A stretch of DNA of 64,000 bases from Octopus sinensis (taxonomy: Eukaryota): the NCBI RefSeq assembly GCF_006345805.1, contig NC_043000.1, positions 71,486,001-71,550,000 on the forward strand. The letters run 5' to 3'. Below are positions 37,660 through 48,597 of this stretch, piece by piece (the first letter of the stretch is position 1; the number at the start of each line of letters is the position of its first letter). A program made the position numbers and the translations under genes. The notes below the pieces were generated by a model. The model saw only the letters and a list, made by a program, of their open reading frames with translations. It was not told the DNA's origin and ran no database searches.

Positions 37660-38825
37660 AAGTGCAAGTGTGTTGAGAAAAAAGTTAGGCATATGAGAAA
37701 TCAGATATAACATGCAAGAAAAAGACTACTTTGGTTTGGTCATGTGAAACATGAATGAAAACCACTGTATAAAAAAGTGCCAATCATTGAGAGTGGATGG
37801 TACCTGAGAAAGAAGGAGACCCAGGAAGATATGGGATGATGTAGTGAGGACCACACTCAGGATATTGGGGCTCACAGAGGAGATGACAATGGACTGAGAT
37901 GTCTGACAATATGCAGTTCTTGAGAAGACATGAGTTCCACCCACATGTAACAATAAAACTTCTTCCACACCCTACTTCAACAAACAGAACTACATCTCTC
38001 CTCTTCCTAGAAATTCCTCTTAATGTACTATGCTTATTTCATGCTCCCCAGTCCTGCCCTCGTTGCCTTGCTCACTGTATCATTACTATCTTATTGTCCT
38101 CCACCTACTCTATATGCTGAGGTTTTACCAGTTACTGCAACCCCATCCTGACACACTTTGCATTCATATGAAATTTATACTCCTTACTTATGCACCTTAG
38201 CAATAACTTACCATTTATATTCTGACCCAGTATCTTGAGGGCATGCCCTTCCACTTTGCTGCCACTTAAGTCCCCTTGTCTCTTCTCTGACATTCCATTT
38301 ATATTCTGATCCCTGTTCCTTGTGAGCATTCCCTGAGGCATCGCCACCATCTCTCTCCTAATCTCTTTCTCTTGTGCTATCCTTTGAACTGGTTAACCAT
38401 CAGCAACACACCCTTTACTGACCTTAATCTTGATCACTCCTTTCTTTCTCTGACCAGGTAACCATGTATCTTCTCTACAACAGGATACCGGTTTCTGTCT
38501 CTCTGTCACATTCTAGCCTTTCATCATCTGGCACAAGATCACCTCCAATGCCACAACCCCTCTCAAAGTCTACACTGTAAAGTGGTTGGCATTTGGAAGG
38601 GCATCTAACTGAAAAACCATGCCAGAACTGACCTCGCCTGTGCTGGTGTCATGTAAAAAGCACTCAGTACACTCTGCGGAGTGGTTGGTGTTACGAAGGG
38701 CATCTAGCTATAAAAACCATGCCAAAACAGACAGAAAAGCATGGTGCAGTCTTCTGCCTAGCCAGCTCCTGTCAAATCGCCCAACCCATGCCAGCATGGA
38801 AAGTGGATGTTAAATGATGATGACG
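37660..38825 (+). mobile_element. Old RTE LINE 3' part: ORF end, ~600-bp pyrimidine-rich UTR, tail
   Basis: tggtttggtcatgtg, ggagacccaggaagatatgg and ttgagaagac, then a CT-rich tract, then a partly duplicated tail ending gatgatgacgat. Confidence 0.75.
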
Positions 38826-39126
38826 ATAGTGATTAAGCAGGAACTTTTCTCCGAAACACAAGTATCAATTTATTTTTAATAAGCACACTGTTAAATTCTC
38901 TTACTGTATCACACCATAATCTTGTGGAGATTACAGAATAGTACAGTAAATAGTCTTTCATTTGACTCAGCAAGATATAATTCTATAGAAACTTTTCAAA
39001 TAGCATTTATATAAAATTATTTTTATCCTCACTACATAAAAAATTATACTTATACCTGTGAATTTCTTTATCGTTATTGTATCATATTATTATTGATTGG
39101 AAACAGGCATCCTGCTTCTGAAAATA

Positions 39127-40358
39127 TATTACATAGAAAAATGCAAGCAAGGGAAATAGTATTCTTGAGATTATAAACCTAGAAAATTACAGGACAAGTT
39201 ATTACACTTGGAAAAGTTCAGGACAACTTTATTACATCTGGTAAAGTACAAAACAAGAAATTTTTTACTTAAAATATTGCAGCTAAGGATAAAATTTCAA
39301 ATAGAACATTTAGATTTAGAAAATATTAGCTTTTATTAAAACTAAAAATTCTATTACAAGTTATTATTTCTATTTGTTATAACTTGTTACTTTTATTAAA
39401 AATAAAAAATAAGTCAAAATATTTTTTGCAATTTTTTTTTTAATTATTAATTAGAAATTTGAAAATAGGTTATAAAAAATAATAGTAGTACATAACTATT
39501 TAGAACAATAAATAAAATAATACAAAAATTAGTTAGAATAGGCGCAGGAGTGGCTGTGTGGTAAGTAGCTTACTTACCAACCGCCATGGTTCCAGGTTCA
39601 GTCCCACTGCATGGCACCTTGGGCAAGTGTCTTCTACTATAGCCTCGGGTCAACCAAAGCCTTGTGAGTGGATTTGGTAGCCAGAAATTGAAAGAAGCTC
39701 GTCATATATATATATATATGTATGTATATATATGTTTGTGTGCCTGTGTTTGTCCCCCCAACATCGCTTAACAACCGATGCTGGTGTGTTTACATGCCCG
39801 TAGCTTAGCGGTTCGGCAAAAGAGACTAATAGAATGAGTACTAGGCTTACAAAGACTAAGTCCTGGAGTTGATTTGTTCAACTAAAGGTGGTGACACAAG
39901 TAAAAGAATAAAAGATTTACAGTAAAATCTACCTATAACAACAAATTCACAGTAAAATTTGCTCGAGTTATTGCCAAGTTTCCACATTTTTAATCTTGAC
40001 CCAATGCCTATTTTTTACATAATGAATTTGCCTGCCATATATACTATTCTACTTTGCATAGAACTTCAGTTATATTGGTACTTCTGGCTCTCATTTGTTA
40101 AGTATACTAGTGTGTCAATATTTTAATAAAATGATGGTACCTTTTTTTATTATAATGTTACTTTGTAAATTAAAATCAAATAATTTTTAATATTCAAGTT
40201 TTATCCTTAGCTGCAATATTTTAAGTAAAAATTTTCTGTACTTTACTAGATGTAATAAGTTGTTCCAAACTTTTCCAAGTGTAATAACTTGTCCTGTGAT
40301 TTTCCAGGTTTATAATCTTTAGAATATTATTTTTCTTGCTCACATTTTTCCATGTAAT
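39127..40358. mobile_element. Fold-back element with ~170-bp inverted repeats and a nested SINE
   Basis: 39127-39303 is the reverse complement of 40191-40358 (acaggacaagttattacacttggaaaagtt; acttaaaatattgcagctaaggataaaa). Confidence 0.8.
39539..39915 (+). mobile_element. tRNA-derived SINE, full length
   Basis: A box gtggctgtgtgg, B box ggttcagtccc, CORE-like ccttgggcaagt, internal (TA)n; several copies in the window. Confidence 0.85.
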
Positions 40359-40494
40359 CCATGTTTTTTCCAGGCTATGCTATTATGCTAATTAATAATG
40401 TATTAAATGTGTTAATTAGCGGTGTCGTTGATAACCATGTGTTCACTAACATGCTCCCACCTTTTGGAGGGTTCAGAATTCCACTTTAAACAAG

Positions 40495-40815
40495 GTGAAA
40501 TATTTAAGATCAAATCAAATTTCACCTGTGCCTCGGAAAAATCTAATCTATGCCATTACATGCTTAGGGTGTGGTAACAATTATATTGGCCAAACAGGAA
40601 TATCACTCCGTCGAAGAACCACTCTTCACAAAGAACAAATCCACCACCCACAATACAGACAGGTTAGTGAACAAATAGAAAGGTGTGTTAGGAATCTTAA
40701 TCCTAATTTCCAAATTTTTCCCCTTCTATCAATGTTCACAGAACACCTCAGTGCAACAAAGAATGAATAAAGAGGCAACTTTCATCAATAAATATCTTCC
40801 CCAACTCAATATGAA
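40495..40815 (+). pseudogene. GIY-YIG endonuclease fragment of a Penelope-like element
   Basis: NLIYAITCLGCGNNYIGQTGISLRRRTTLHK; after a frameshift ...KEATFINKYLPQLN. Confidence 0.8.
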
Positions 40816-41348
40816 CACACAACATAATACAGAACACTACTAACCTTTCAATTAATACCACTAGCCCCTATACATCCCATACACCATTCACATTACAGAT
40901 CTATATCTACTCTAATTGCACCAAATCCAGAACAACTTACCTCCCTTACACATAATCTTTTCTTTCAGGGACTAATAGACCTGACACCTCTCATTAATCA
41001 GTATGCATTCAAAGCAATGATTAGTAATTTACAAAAGCGGTATGCTTTTAAATCTCTTTAACAATTCACAATAATGACTTTTATTCCAACCTCAGTTCAT
41101 CTAATTGTATATATCTATCGTTACTTTTCATAAAAAGCCTTTACTTTTTTTATTTCCAATGTGCATTTTCGCTTAATTTTCTTCTTACCCCCCCCCCATA
41201 TATATATATATATATATATAGACACCTACACACATATTTTTCTATAAACAAAACCAATATATGAGTATATATACTCATATTGATATGTATATATAAATAC
41301 ATATCAATTTGAAATACATGAATTAATGACCAAAGCATTTAATTTTAT

Positions 41349-42568
41349 TTCATCCTTTCATTACTATATTTCTCAAAGTACATCCCTTGTGTGTTTCAAT
41401 TAAATTCTATTATGAATTTAGATTGGGTTCATAAAACAACTCTTTTTTTATTTATCAATATACCAATGTGATTTTTGGTACAATTTAACAAAAGGTTCTT
41501 AACCAAATCTATTCCATATTTAAAAAAAAACTTTTCACAATTAAATACAGGTAAATTCAACAAAATATAAAATTATTAAGCATAGAAAATTAGCTAATAT
41601 TCAATGAGTATAAAACAAAATTTTAATACAGAGGAATTGTGCAAATTACTGGATTATCTACCAGTCCAAATTAATGCAAATATGACAGGTGTATCATAAA
41701 GGTAAAACACAATGACAATGATGTACCATAAAGGAAAAATAGAACAAAATACTAGACTTTGTCTTTGAAGAAAACTAGGAAATGAAATGCATGCTATCAA
41801 CTAAATGAAATAAACTCACACATATACATAAATACACAGAAACATATAATAATGATTCCCAATCCAAATTAATCAAACTCTGTTGTGCATCTTACAGATA
41901 AATAAAAAATAAAAATGAGGTAAATTAAAAAAAATATTCACAAATTAAATTTTTACACACACACAATATTCTAAAATTGCTTGGATTTCTAACTTTCTTC
42001 TAAGTACATGGAAAACCTCAAACTATTTGTTTAACTCTTTGAAACAATTCATCTTCGCAGTAATCACTCCAAAGGAATAAAATTTAAAAAAATAATCCAA
42101 CAGTTTTGTTTCCCGAGAAAGACTGTGGCTAAGTCTAATATCTTCCTAAAAATAAGAAAAACAGTTTTTAAATCCTTGCTATAATCAGGTACAAATTCAT
42201 TTTTTCTCATCACTATTGGAACTGTTGTCAGAATCATTTAACTTTCAGAAAAAGTAATATCCAATTCATAATTACATACATGGTCTTTGTTTGCCATATA
42301 TTTTCTTACACTTTTCTATGTCTCCTTTCAAAAATACTTAAAATTTAAACTCACTGCATGGCAACATGAAACTGGTATCCATCTTTCATCCATAGTGAAA
42401 CATTTCAAAAAATCTAAAAATTCAACTCAACTGTTTACATAGTGAAACTGCATATTTTCACAAATGTACTGAGATTAGCACTGAAATTCTCATTAAAATA
42501 TGAATAGGTCTTTTGGCTGGTTTAGTAATATTAAACATTTTTTTTCAGGCAGTTTAGTAACAAAAGGG
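41349..42568 (-). mobile_element. Older degenerate copy of the piggyBac derivative at 28055-29131
   Basis: Right end taacaaaagggttaa; reverse matches acctattcatatttt and agccacag..ttt; left end cctttcattactatatttct...tgtgtttcaattaa matches the 3' end of the younger copy. Confidence 0.8.
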
Positions 42569-42589
42569 TTAAACTATAGATATATAAGA

Positions 42590-42935
42590 ACAAGGTCATC
42601 AGCCTAGAGAAGCTCCCATGGGCAACCAGTTTTAAATTCCTGTTATGTCTTGGAGGATTATGAGAAACAAGAAGAGACTGAGAACTGAGCCTTGATGAAC
42701 TCCTACCTAAACATTGAATTCACCATGATACTTATTGCAAACTTTTGCCATACTAACAGTATCACTGTACAAGGGTTGGACAGCTCTCACCAGCCACTCA
42801 TCTACCTCAAGCTTCAGCAAGTGAGGAAGCAAGGGACCCTATCAAAGGCATCCTCCATGTTGACAAATGCCAAGTACAGCAGCTTATATTTGGCTAAATG
42901 CTTCTCTTGCAGTTTCCTTACTATGAAGATAGCAT
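42590..42935 (-). mobile_element. Degenerate RTE RT fragment
   Basis: Reverse of KLQEKHLAK, FVNMEDAFDRVP, QGSVLS, GCPWELL. Confidence 0.8.
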
Positions 42936-42973
42936 GTATTGAAAAAGGAACACAGAAAACAGTCAGTATTAAT

Positions 42974-43291
42974 ACAGTTCTATATTTAAGAGATGAGGAA
43001 TTATGTACATTATTTACATTTGACAGATATTTGACCTCATCTCGTTTGTTGTTAACACAACGTTTCAGCTAATATGCCCTCCAGCAATGGTGGGGGAGAG
43101 GACACACAAACACAGACACATAAACAGTAACAATAATAATAATAACAACAACATCAAAAAATACTTTAGGAATGTGAAACCAGGTTCGAAATTTCCCCCA
43201 AGACACCTGAAGAAGGCTGGAGGGTATATCAGCTGAAACATTGTATTAACAACAAACAAGATGAAGACAAATATCCGTCGAATGTATATAT
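42974..43291. mobile_element. Short inverted-repeat insertion (PLE pseudo-LTR-like) with a 13-bp target duplication
   Basis: AGTCAGTATTAAT at 42961-42973 and 43292-43304; arms ~43010-43085 and ~43216-43288 are reverse complements; CTGAAGA...GAAA motif at 43207-43238. Confidence 0.7.
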
Positions 43292-43432
43292 AGTCAGTAT
43301 TAATGCTTTTTCACATGTTTCATGAGATCGGCAGACAGCAACTATGTGAACATAAAACTCACTTACTGCCACTCATCGTCATCATCATCATTAGTTGGTG
43401 TGTGTATATATGTATATATTTTTTTTTTCTGT

Positions 43433-43474
43433 GTCCCTTTCTGTAGAAGAGCGTAGGCTCGAAACGTAAAAGAC
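43433..43474 (+). ncRNA. Hammerhead-like motif with altered core
   Basis: cttt-CTGTAGA-A-GAGC-gtag-GCTC-GAAA-CG-TA-aaag; homologs at 44903-44943 (+) and 45146-45180 (-). Confidence 0.45.
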
Positions 43475-43559
43475 TTTTTCTATTCCTGAGTGTTATACTA
43501 ATACATCTGTTTGTTTTGTACACCACCTGTCTTCATCTTTTGTTTTTTTCATAAACTCT

Positions 43560-43618
<59 letters not shown>

Positions 43619-43684
43619 GGTCCCGGGTTGATTCGGGGTTAACCACAGTAAATAAGGTACTCAATACATAGCAGAGTAAAATTA

Positions 43685-43799
43685 ATTTATTATATAGAAG
43701 GAGCTTCTACAGGACTAGAACTGTTTCATTCAAGAGAAATCGATGATTTCTCTTGAATGAAACAGTTCTAGTCCTGTAGAAGCTCCTTCTATATAATAA

Positions 43800-43801
<2 letters not shown>
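43685..43801. repeat. Perfect 57-bp inverted repeat with a 3-nt loop
   Basis: 43685-43741 is the exact reverse complement of 43745-43801. Confidence 0.95.
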
Positions 43802-43836
<35 letters not shown>

Positions 43837-43838
43837 TA

Positions 43839-44395
43839 CGGGGTGTGATGCGTAAATTGTTGCCATTTTATATTTTTAATTTCACACATGCCCATTGTTT
43901 GCTTTTGATCTTGTTGACTACACAGTATAGTAGGGTCCGTTGGGCACCATCTGTGAGAAAAACAGCACCATGACACAATTCACTCTGCCAGAAATTTGGA
44001 AACAACATTTCAGGGTGTTTGGGTGTCAATCTGAGGACAGGGCAGGATTCAGAAAGAGCTGGATGAGTCTAATGGTGATTATGAAGGTATGGCAGCTTGG
44101 GAAACTCACTCTGATCATTCTGATAAGAAAAGAACTCCCAAATTTGTTAGTAAGATCCAGGCCATGATTGACAATGATTTTTCCAAGTCAATCAGGACCA
44201 TTGCCAAAGACATGGTAGTGTCTGAGTTTCTTATCAGGCAAGTAGTGCATGAAGACATTTGGTATTACTCATACAAAATGAGAAAGGACCAATTTTGATC
44301 CCAAACCATCAAGAACAATAGGAGAGATCGTGCTACAAATCATTTTAACAAAATGAAGCATCCCCTCCAACAGAACAGAGGAATCTTGGTAACAC
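43839..44395 (+). mobile_element. Tc1/mariner-superfamily transposase remnant (N-terminal part)
   Basis: Follows TA; KRTPKFVSKIQAMIDND..KSIRTIAKDM.VSE..IRQVVHED..Y.SYK resembles the HTH region of maT/rosa-like transposases. Truncated. Confidence 0.6.
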
Positions 44396-44879
44396 TGGCC
44401 CTGCAAGTACTGGTTTACACCCCACCTTTGGCTTTTTCTTCTTTCCCTTCTTCTTCTACTTCCTTTCCTTCTACTTCTTCAGTTTCTTCTCTTTTGCCTT
44501 CCTCCCTCCTATTCTTATACATATTCACCCTCTTCATTCCCCCATTACAACATAATTTCTTCCCCAGCCCATCCTGCATACACACTTTTTAATTTTTTCC
44601 TTTTTAGCTCCTCTGGATACTTTCAGAACAACGTCTGATAGACGCACAATGTAATAGCATGACTTTGATACAAGTCTGAGGATGTGCCTTTCCAATGCCT
44701 AAAACCCACATATATTACGTAAATTTTTCTTTTAGAAGTTTCACGTTAGCTGTCGTTGCAAATGGAGATGCTACAGAAACATATGAAACTTATTATGAAA
44801 GAAAGATGTGCTAAAGAATTTTCTTTGTCTTTTTCATTGGTACACACACACACATATATATATATATATACACATGCAA

Positions 44880-45245
44880 ACCTTTGCCTGTTTATTTCTA
44901 TGTTCCTTTCTGTCGAAGAGTGCAGGCTCGAAATGTAAAAGACTTTCTCACTTCCCAAGCGTTAAACTAATACATCTGTTTGTTGTTTACACACCCGTAT
45001 TCGTCTTTTGTTTTTCTGTAAATTCTCACTATATATATATATATATATGAAGTTAATCCAAACAAGAAAACAAAAAGACAACAACGCGAGGATGTGGAAC
45101 AAATAAAGTATTATTGGACGCTCAGGAAAGAAGGGAAGAAGGAGGGTATGACGTTTCAAGCAGAGCTCTTCATCGGAAACATAGGAGAAAGAAAGATCCC
45201 GAGACAGGAGGCAGAGGAAAAAAAAATTGCAGGTAGTCTTCACGA
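44880..45245. repeat. Two related PLE pseudo-LTR-like segments in opposite orientation around (TA)n
   Basis: 44900-45030 matches 43430-43560; 45050-45245 is a diverged reverse copy carrying CCGATGA-A-GAGC..GCTT-GAAA-CG-TC. Confidence 0.6.
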
Positions 45246-46676
45246 GGTCACATACTAAAAAGACGGAAGTGGTAAAAAAGGAGGAAAATGTTTTTAAAAA
45301 CAGGAGAGCTGAATCAAAGAAGGAATGGTAAAATGGCTAGTAGCAGGCAGTAGTAGAATTAAAGGAGTGATGTGGGGGTACCCTAGCAAGTCAGAAAGGC
45401 AGGTCAGAAACAGGGAGGTATGTGTGTGTGCGTGTATATGTATTGTGCGTGTTTTGTTGTAGTATGTGTGTGTGTACGTGTGCGTTTTTTTGTGTGTATG
45501 GCGAGTAACTGTGCTTAACTAAGTGTGTGTGTGCTTGTACGTGTGTATATGTATAATTGTGTGCGTGTATGTATGGTTGTGTGCCATATGGGATGTATGT
45601 GTGGGTTCATGTGTGTGCGTTTGTATGTGTGTGTGTGTAAGCGTAAATGGATGTATATGCGTGTATCTGTGGGGTGTGAGTTTCTTGTTGCGCGTGTGCA
45701 TGCGTATGTGTGCACATGTTTTGGCGTGCGTATGTATGTGTGTGTCTGTGTATGTGTGCGTGCGTGTGGAGGTATATGTTGTGTGTATGTATTTGTGTCG
45801 GTGTGTATGTGAATTAGTGTGCGTGTGTATGTGTGTGTGCGTGTATTGTATATATATGTAAATGTGGGTGTGTACGTGCGTGGGAGTGAATGTATGTATG
45901 TATGTGCGTCTGTGTACAAATTAAGGGGTTTATATGTGTGTTTATATGTTTATATGTATGTATATATATGCATGCAAGGACACACTTCGCAACTGAAAGA
46001 CTGATGGAAAAGACTCTTGCGGTGAAGGGCGCATGCGAATCCCCAGACGTACGCCTGAAATAAAGCCAGACCCCACAGGCATGCGTGCATGCATGTATGT
46101 ATATGTGCGTGCGCACACGCATGCGTGTGTGTGCGTGTGCATGCGAGTGTGTATGTACGTATGTGTGTGTGTATGTATGTATGTATGTGTGAGTGTGTGT
46201 CTGTGTGGGTATATGTGTATGTGCGTGTATGTATGTGTGTATGTATGTAAGTATGTGTGTGTGTATATGTGTGTGTATATGTGTGTGTGTGTATGTATGT
46301 ATGGAAGTGTGTGTGTGTATGTATGTATGTATGTGTGTATGTATGTATGTGTGCATGCGTGTATGTGTATGTATGTATGTGTGTGTGTATGTATGTGTGA
46401 GTGTATAGGTGTATGTCTGTATGTATGTCTTGTGTATGTATGTGTGTGTGTGTGTGTATGTGTGTAGGTATGTATGTGTGTGCGTGTAGGTATGTATGTG
46501 TGCGTGCGTGCATGCATGCATGTATGTGTGTATACACACACACACACAACACACAACGCACGCATATGGGGCCAGCTGCACCCCAGGCGCGCACCCGCGG
46601 ACTCACAATCACCCACACCAAAAAAACCGAACTCCATCAATCCCTCAACTAAAAAGCGTGCGCCTGGATACAAATA

Positions 46677-47970
46677 CGAGGGACGTTCAATAAGTAATGC
46701 CCCTGACCCACTTGCAGTTGTTTGATCTAGCTGAAAGTTTGCATGTGCAATTATTTATATCTCTATAGAGTAAGTGGCAAATTACAGCTCTGAACTAATT
46801 GATGTTTCTGATCTACAGGTGTTTGAATTGAGTCAAGTGTGAAATGGAGCCTGTTGAGTGTCGAGCGGTTATCCGGTTTTTGTATTTGAAAGGACGCACA
46901 CCACGGGAGGATTTTGATGAAATGAAAGTAACTTATGGTGATGATGCCCCATCATATGACCTTGTAAAACGCTGGCATCGTGAATTCAAACATGGTCGGA
47001 ACTCTGTGGAAATAGCTCCCAGATCTGGTCGCCGCCCCCTTCTGCCATTGATGAGGCATCTGTCCGTCAAGTTGAGGCTGCCATTTTGGAAGATCGATGC
47101 ATAACTATTCGCCAAATAGCCCATGAGGTCAAGATTAGTACCGGGTCTGTGGAAACTATCATTCATGACCATTTGCATATGCAAAACATGTCTGCCAGAT
47201 GGATTCCCAGGTTGCTCACACCTTTCCAGAAGCAAGAACGCATCGAGTGCTCGAAGATGAATTTGGAGATGTGCCAAGAAGATGAGTCAAAATTTTTCAA
47301 AAGTCTGATTACACAGGAGGAAACCTGGGTCCATCACTATGATCCAGAGACCAAAGCCCAGTCAATGCAGTGGAAGCACCGTGACTCACCTCCTCCAAAG
47401 AAGGCAAGGGTGCAGCCCTCCGCTGGCAAGGTCATGCTCACAGTCTTCTGGGACCAGGACAGAGTAGTGATGACAGATTTCCTTGAAAGGGTACCACAAT
47501 TACAGGAGCCTATTATGCTTCACTTTTGAGGAAATTAAGAGAAGCTATCAAAGTCAAGAGGCAGAGCAAGATCAGCAAAGGCATCCTCCTCCTGCAGGAC
47601 AATGCTCTGGTCCACAACTCGTGTGTCGCCAGATCAGAAGCACAGGCATGCAGCTATGAATTCCTCCCCCATCCCCCCTACTCTCCTGACCTTGCACCCT
47701 CTGATTTTCACCTATTCCCAGCCATGAAGTTGTTTTTGAAAGGAAAGCGTTTCCTAGATGATGCAGCCTTGATTTCTGAAGTCACGTCGTGGTTGGAGGA
47801 CCAAGCTGGGGTCTTCTACAAAAATGGTCTCCAGAGCTGCATCAAACGATGGGAGAAATGCGTAACTCTGGGGTGTTCCTATGTACAAAAAGACTAATAA
47901 CTGTGCCAAGTTTCGTTGCTCTACTTCTATGGGAAGTGGGTCAGGGGCATTACTTATTGAACGCCCCTCG
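46677..47970 (+). mobile_element. Full-length mariner (DD34D) transposon, 1294 bp
   Basis: TA flanks (46675-46676, 47971-47972); 37-bp TIRs CGAGGG(A/G)CGTTCAATAAGTAATGCCCCTGACCCACTT with one mismatch. Confidence 0.95.
46844..47897 (+). pseudogene. Mariner transposase with two frameshifts
   Basis: MEPVECRAVIRFL, WIPRLL, ITQEETW (first catalytic D appears as E), LQDNA, HPPYSPDLAPSDFHLF across three frames. Confidence 0.92.
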
Positions 47971-48597
47971 TATATGTATGTGTGTGTGCATGTGTGTAAA
48001 CATGTGTGTGTGTATGCATGTGTGTGTGCATGCATGCATGTGTGTGTGTATGTATGTACGTATGTATGTGTTTATGTATATGTGTATGTGCGTATGTATG
48101 TATATGTGTGTATGTATGAATGTATGTATGTGTATGTATGTATGTGTGTGTGTATGTGTGTATGTATGTATGTATGTGTATGTTTGTTTGTGTGTGTATG
48201 TGATTAAATGTGTGAATGTATGTATGTATGTGTGTGTACGTATGTATGTGTGTGTGTGTGAATGTATGCGTGTGTGCGTGGGGTTTCCTCTGGGGTTGTG
48301 TGGGCGTAATGTACATGCGCGTGACGTGCGTGTATGTTTCTGTATAAGGATTAAAAAAAAAAAAAGGAGAGGGAGGGAGAAAGAGAGGTGGAGCGCAGAC
48401 ACTAAGAGGAGGGGGCTATGTTGAGTCCGTGTGGGGTATTGATTTGTAGAGTGAAGATGAAGCGTTGCTCCAAGTGGAGCCTGGATTGTGGAAGACCATT
48501 GTGTGGGGCGAGACCAAACACTGAGATGTCATCGGGGGGAATGGCTGGCCGAGCGGAGCCACACAGAGAGGCTGTCACACACAAACATGTGTGTGTA

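Larger units (their letters stand above)
45420..48340. repeat. Large compound (TG)n/(TATG)n microsatellite field containing a mariner insertion
   Basis: Direct inspection; source of the many spurious C/V/Y/M- and H/T-rich ORFs. Confidence 0.9.

Noticed and set aside
39539-39612. tRNA gene
   Set aside because: A and B boxes are present, but it is the head of a multi-copy SINE and no full cloverleaf is evident.
44669-44706. Possible further hammerhead (CTGAGGA...AAAAC)
   Set aside because: G12 is missing and the stems are unconvincing.
45515-48424. Many long His/Thr- or Cys/Val-rich ORFs
   Set aside because: Translations of (TG)n/(TATG)n microsatellites.
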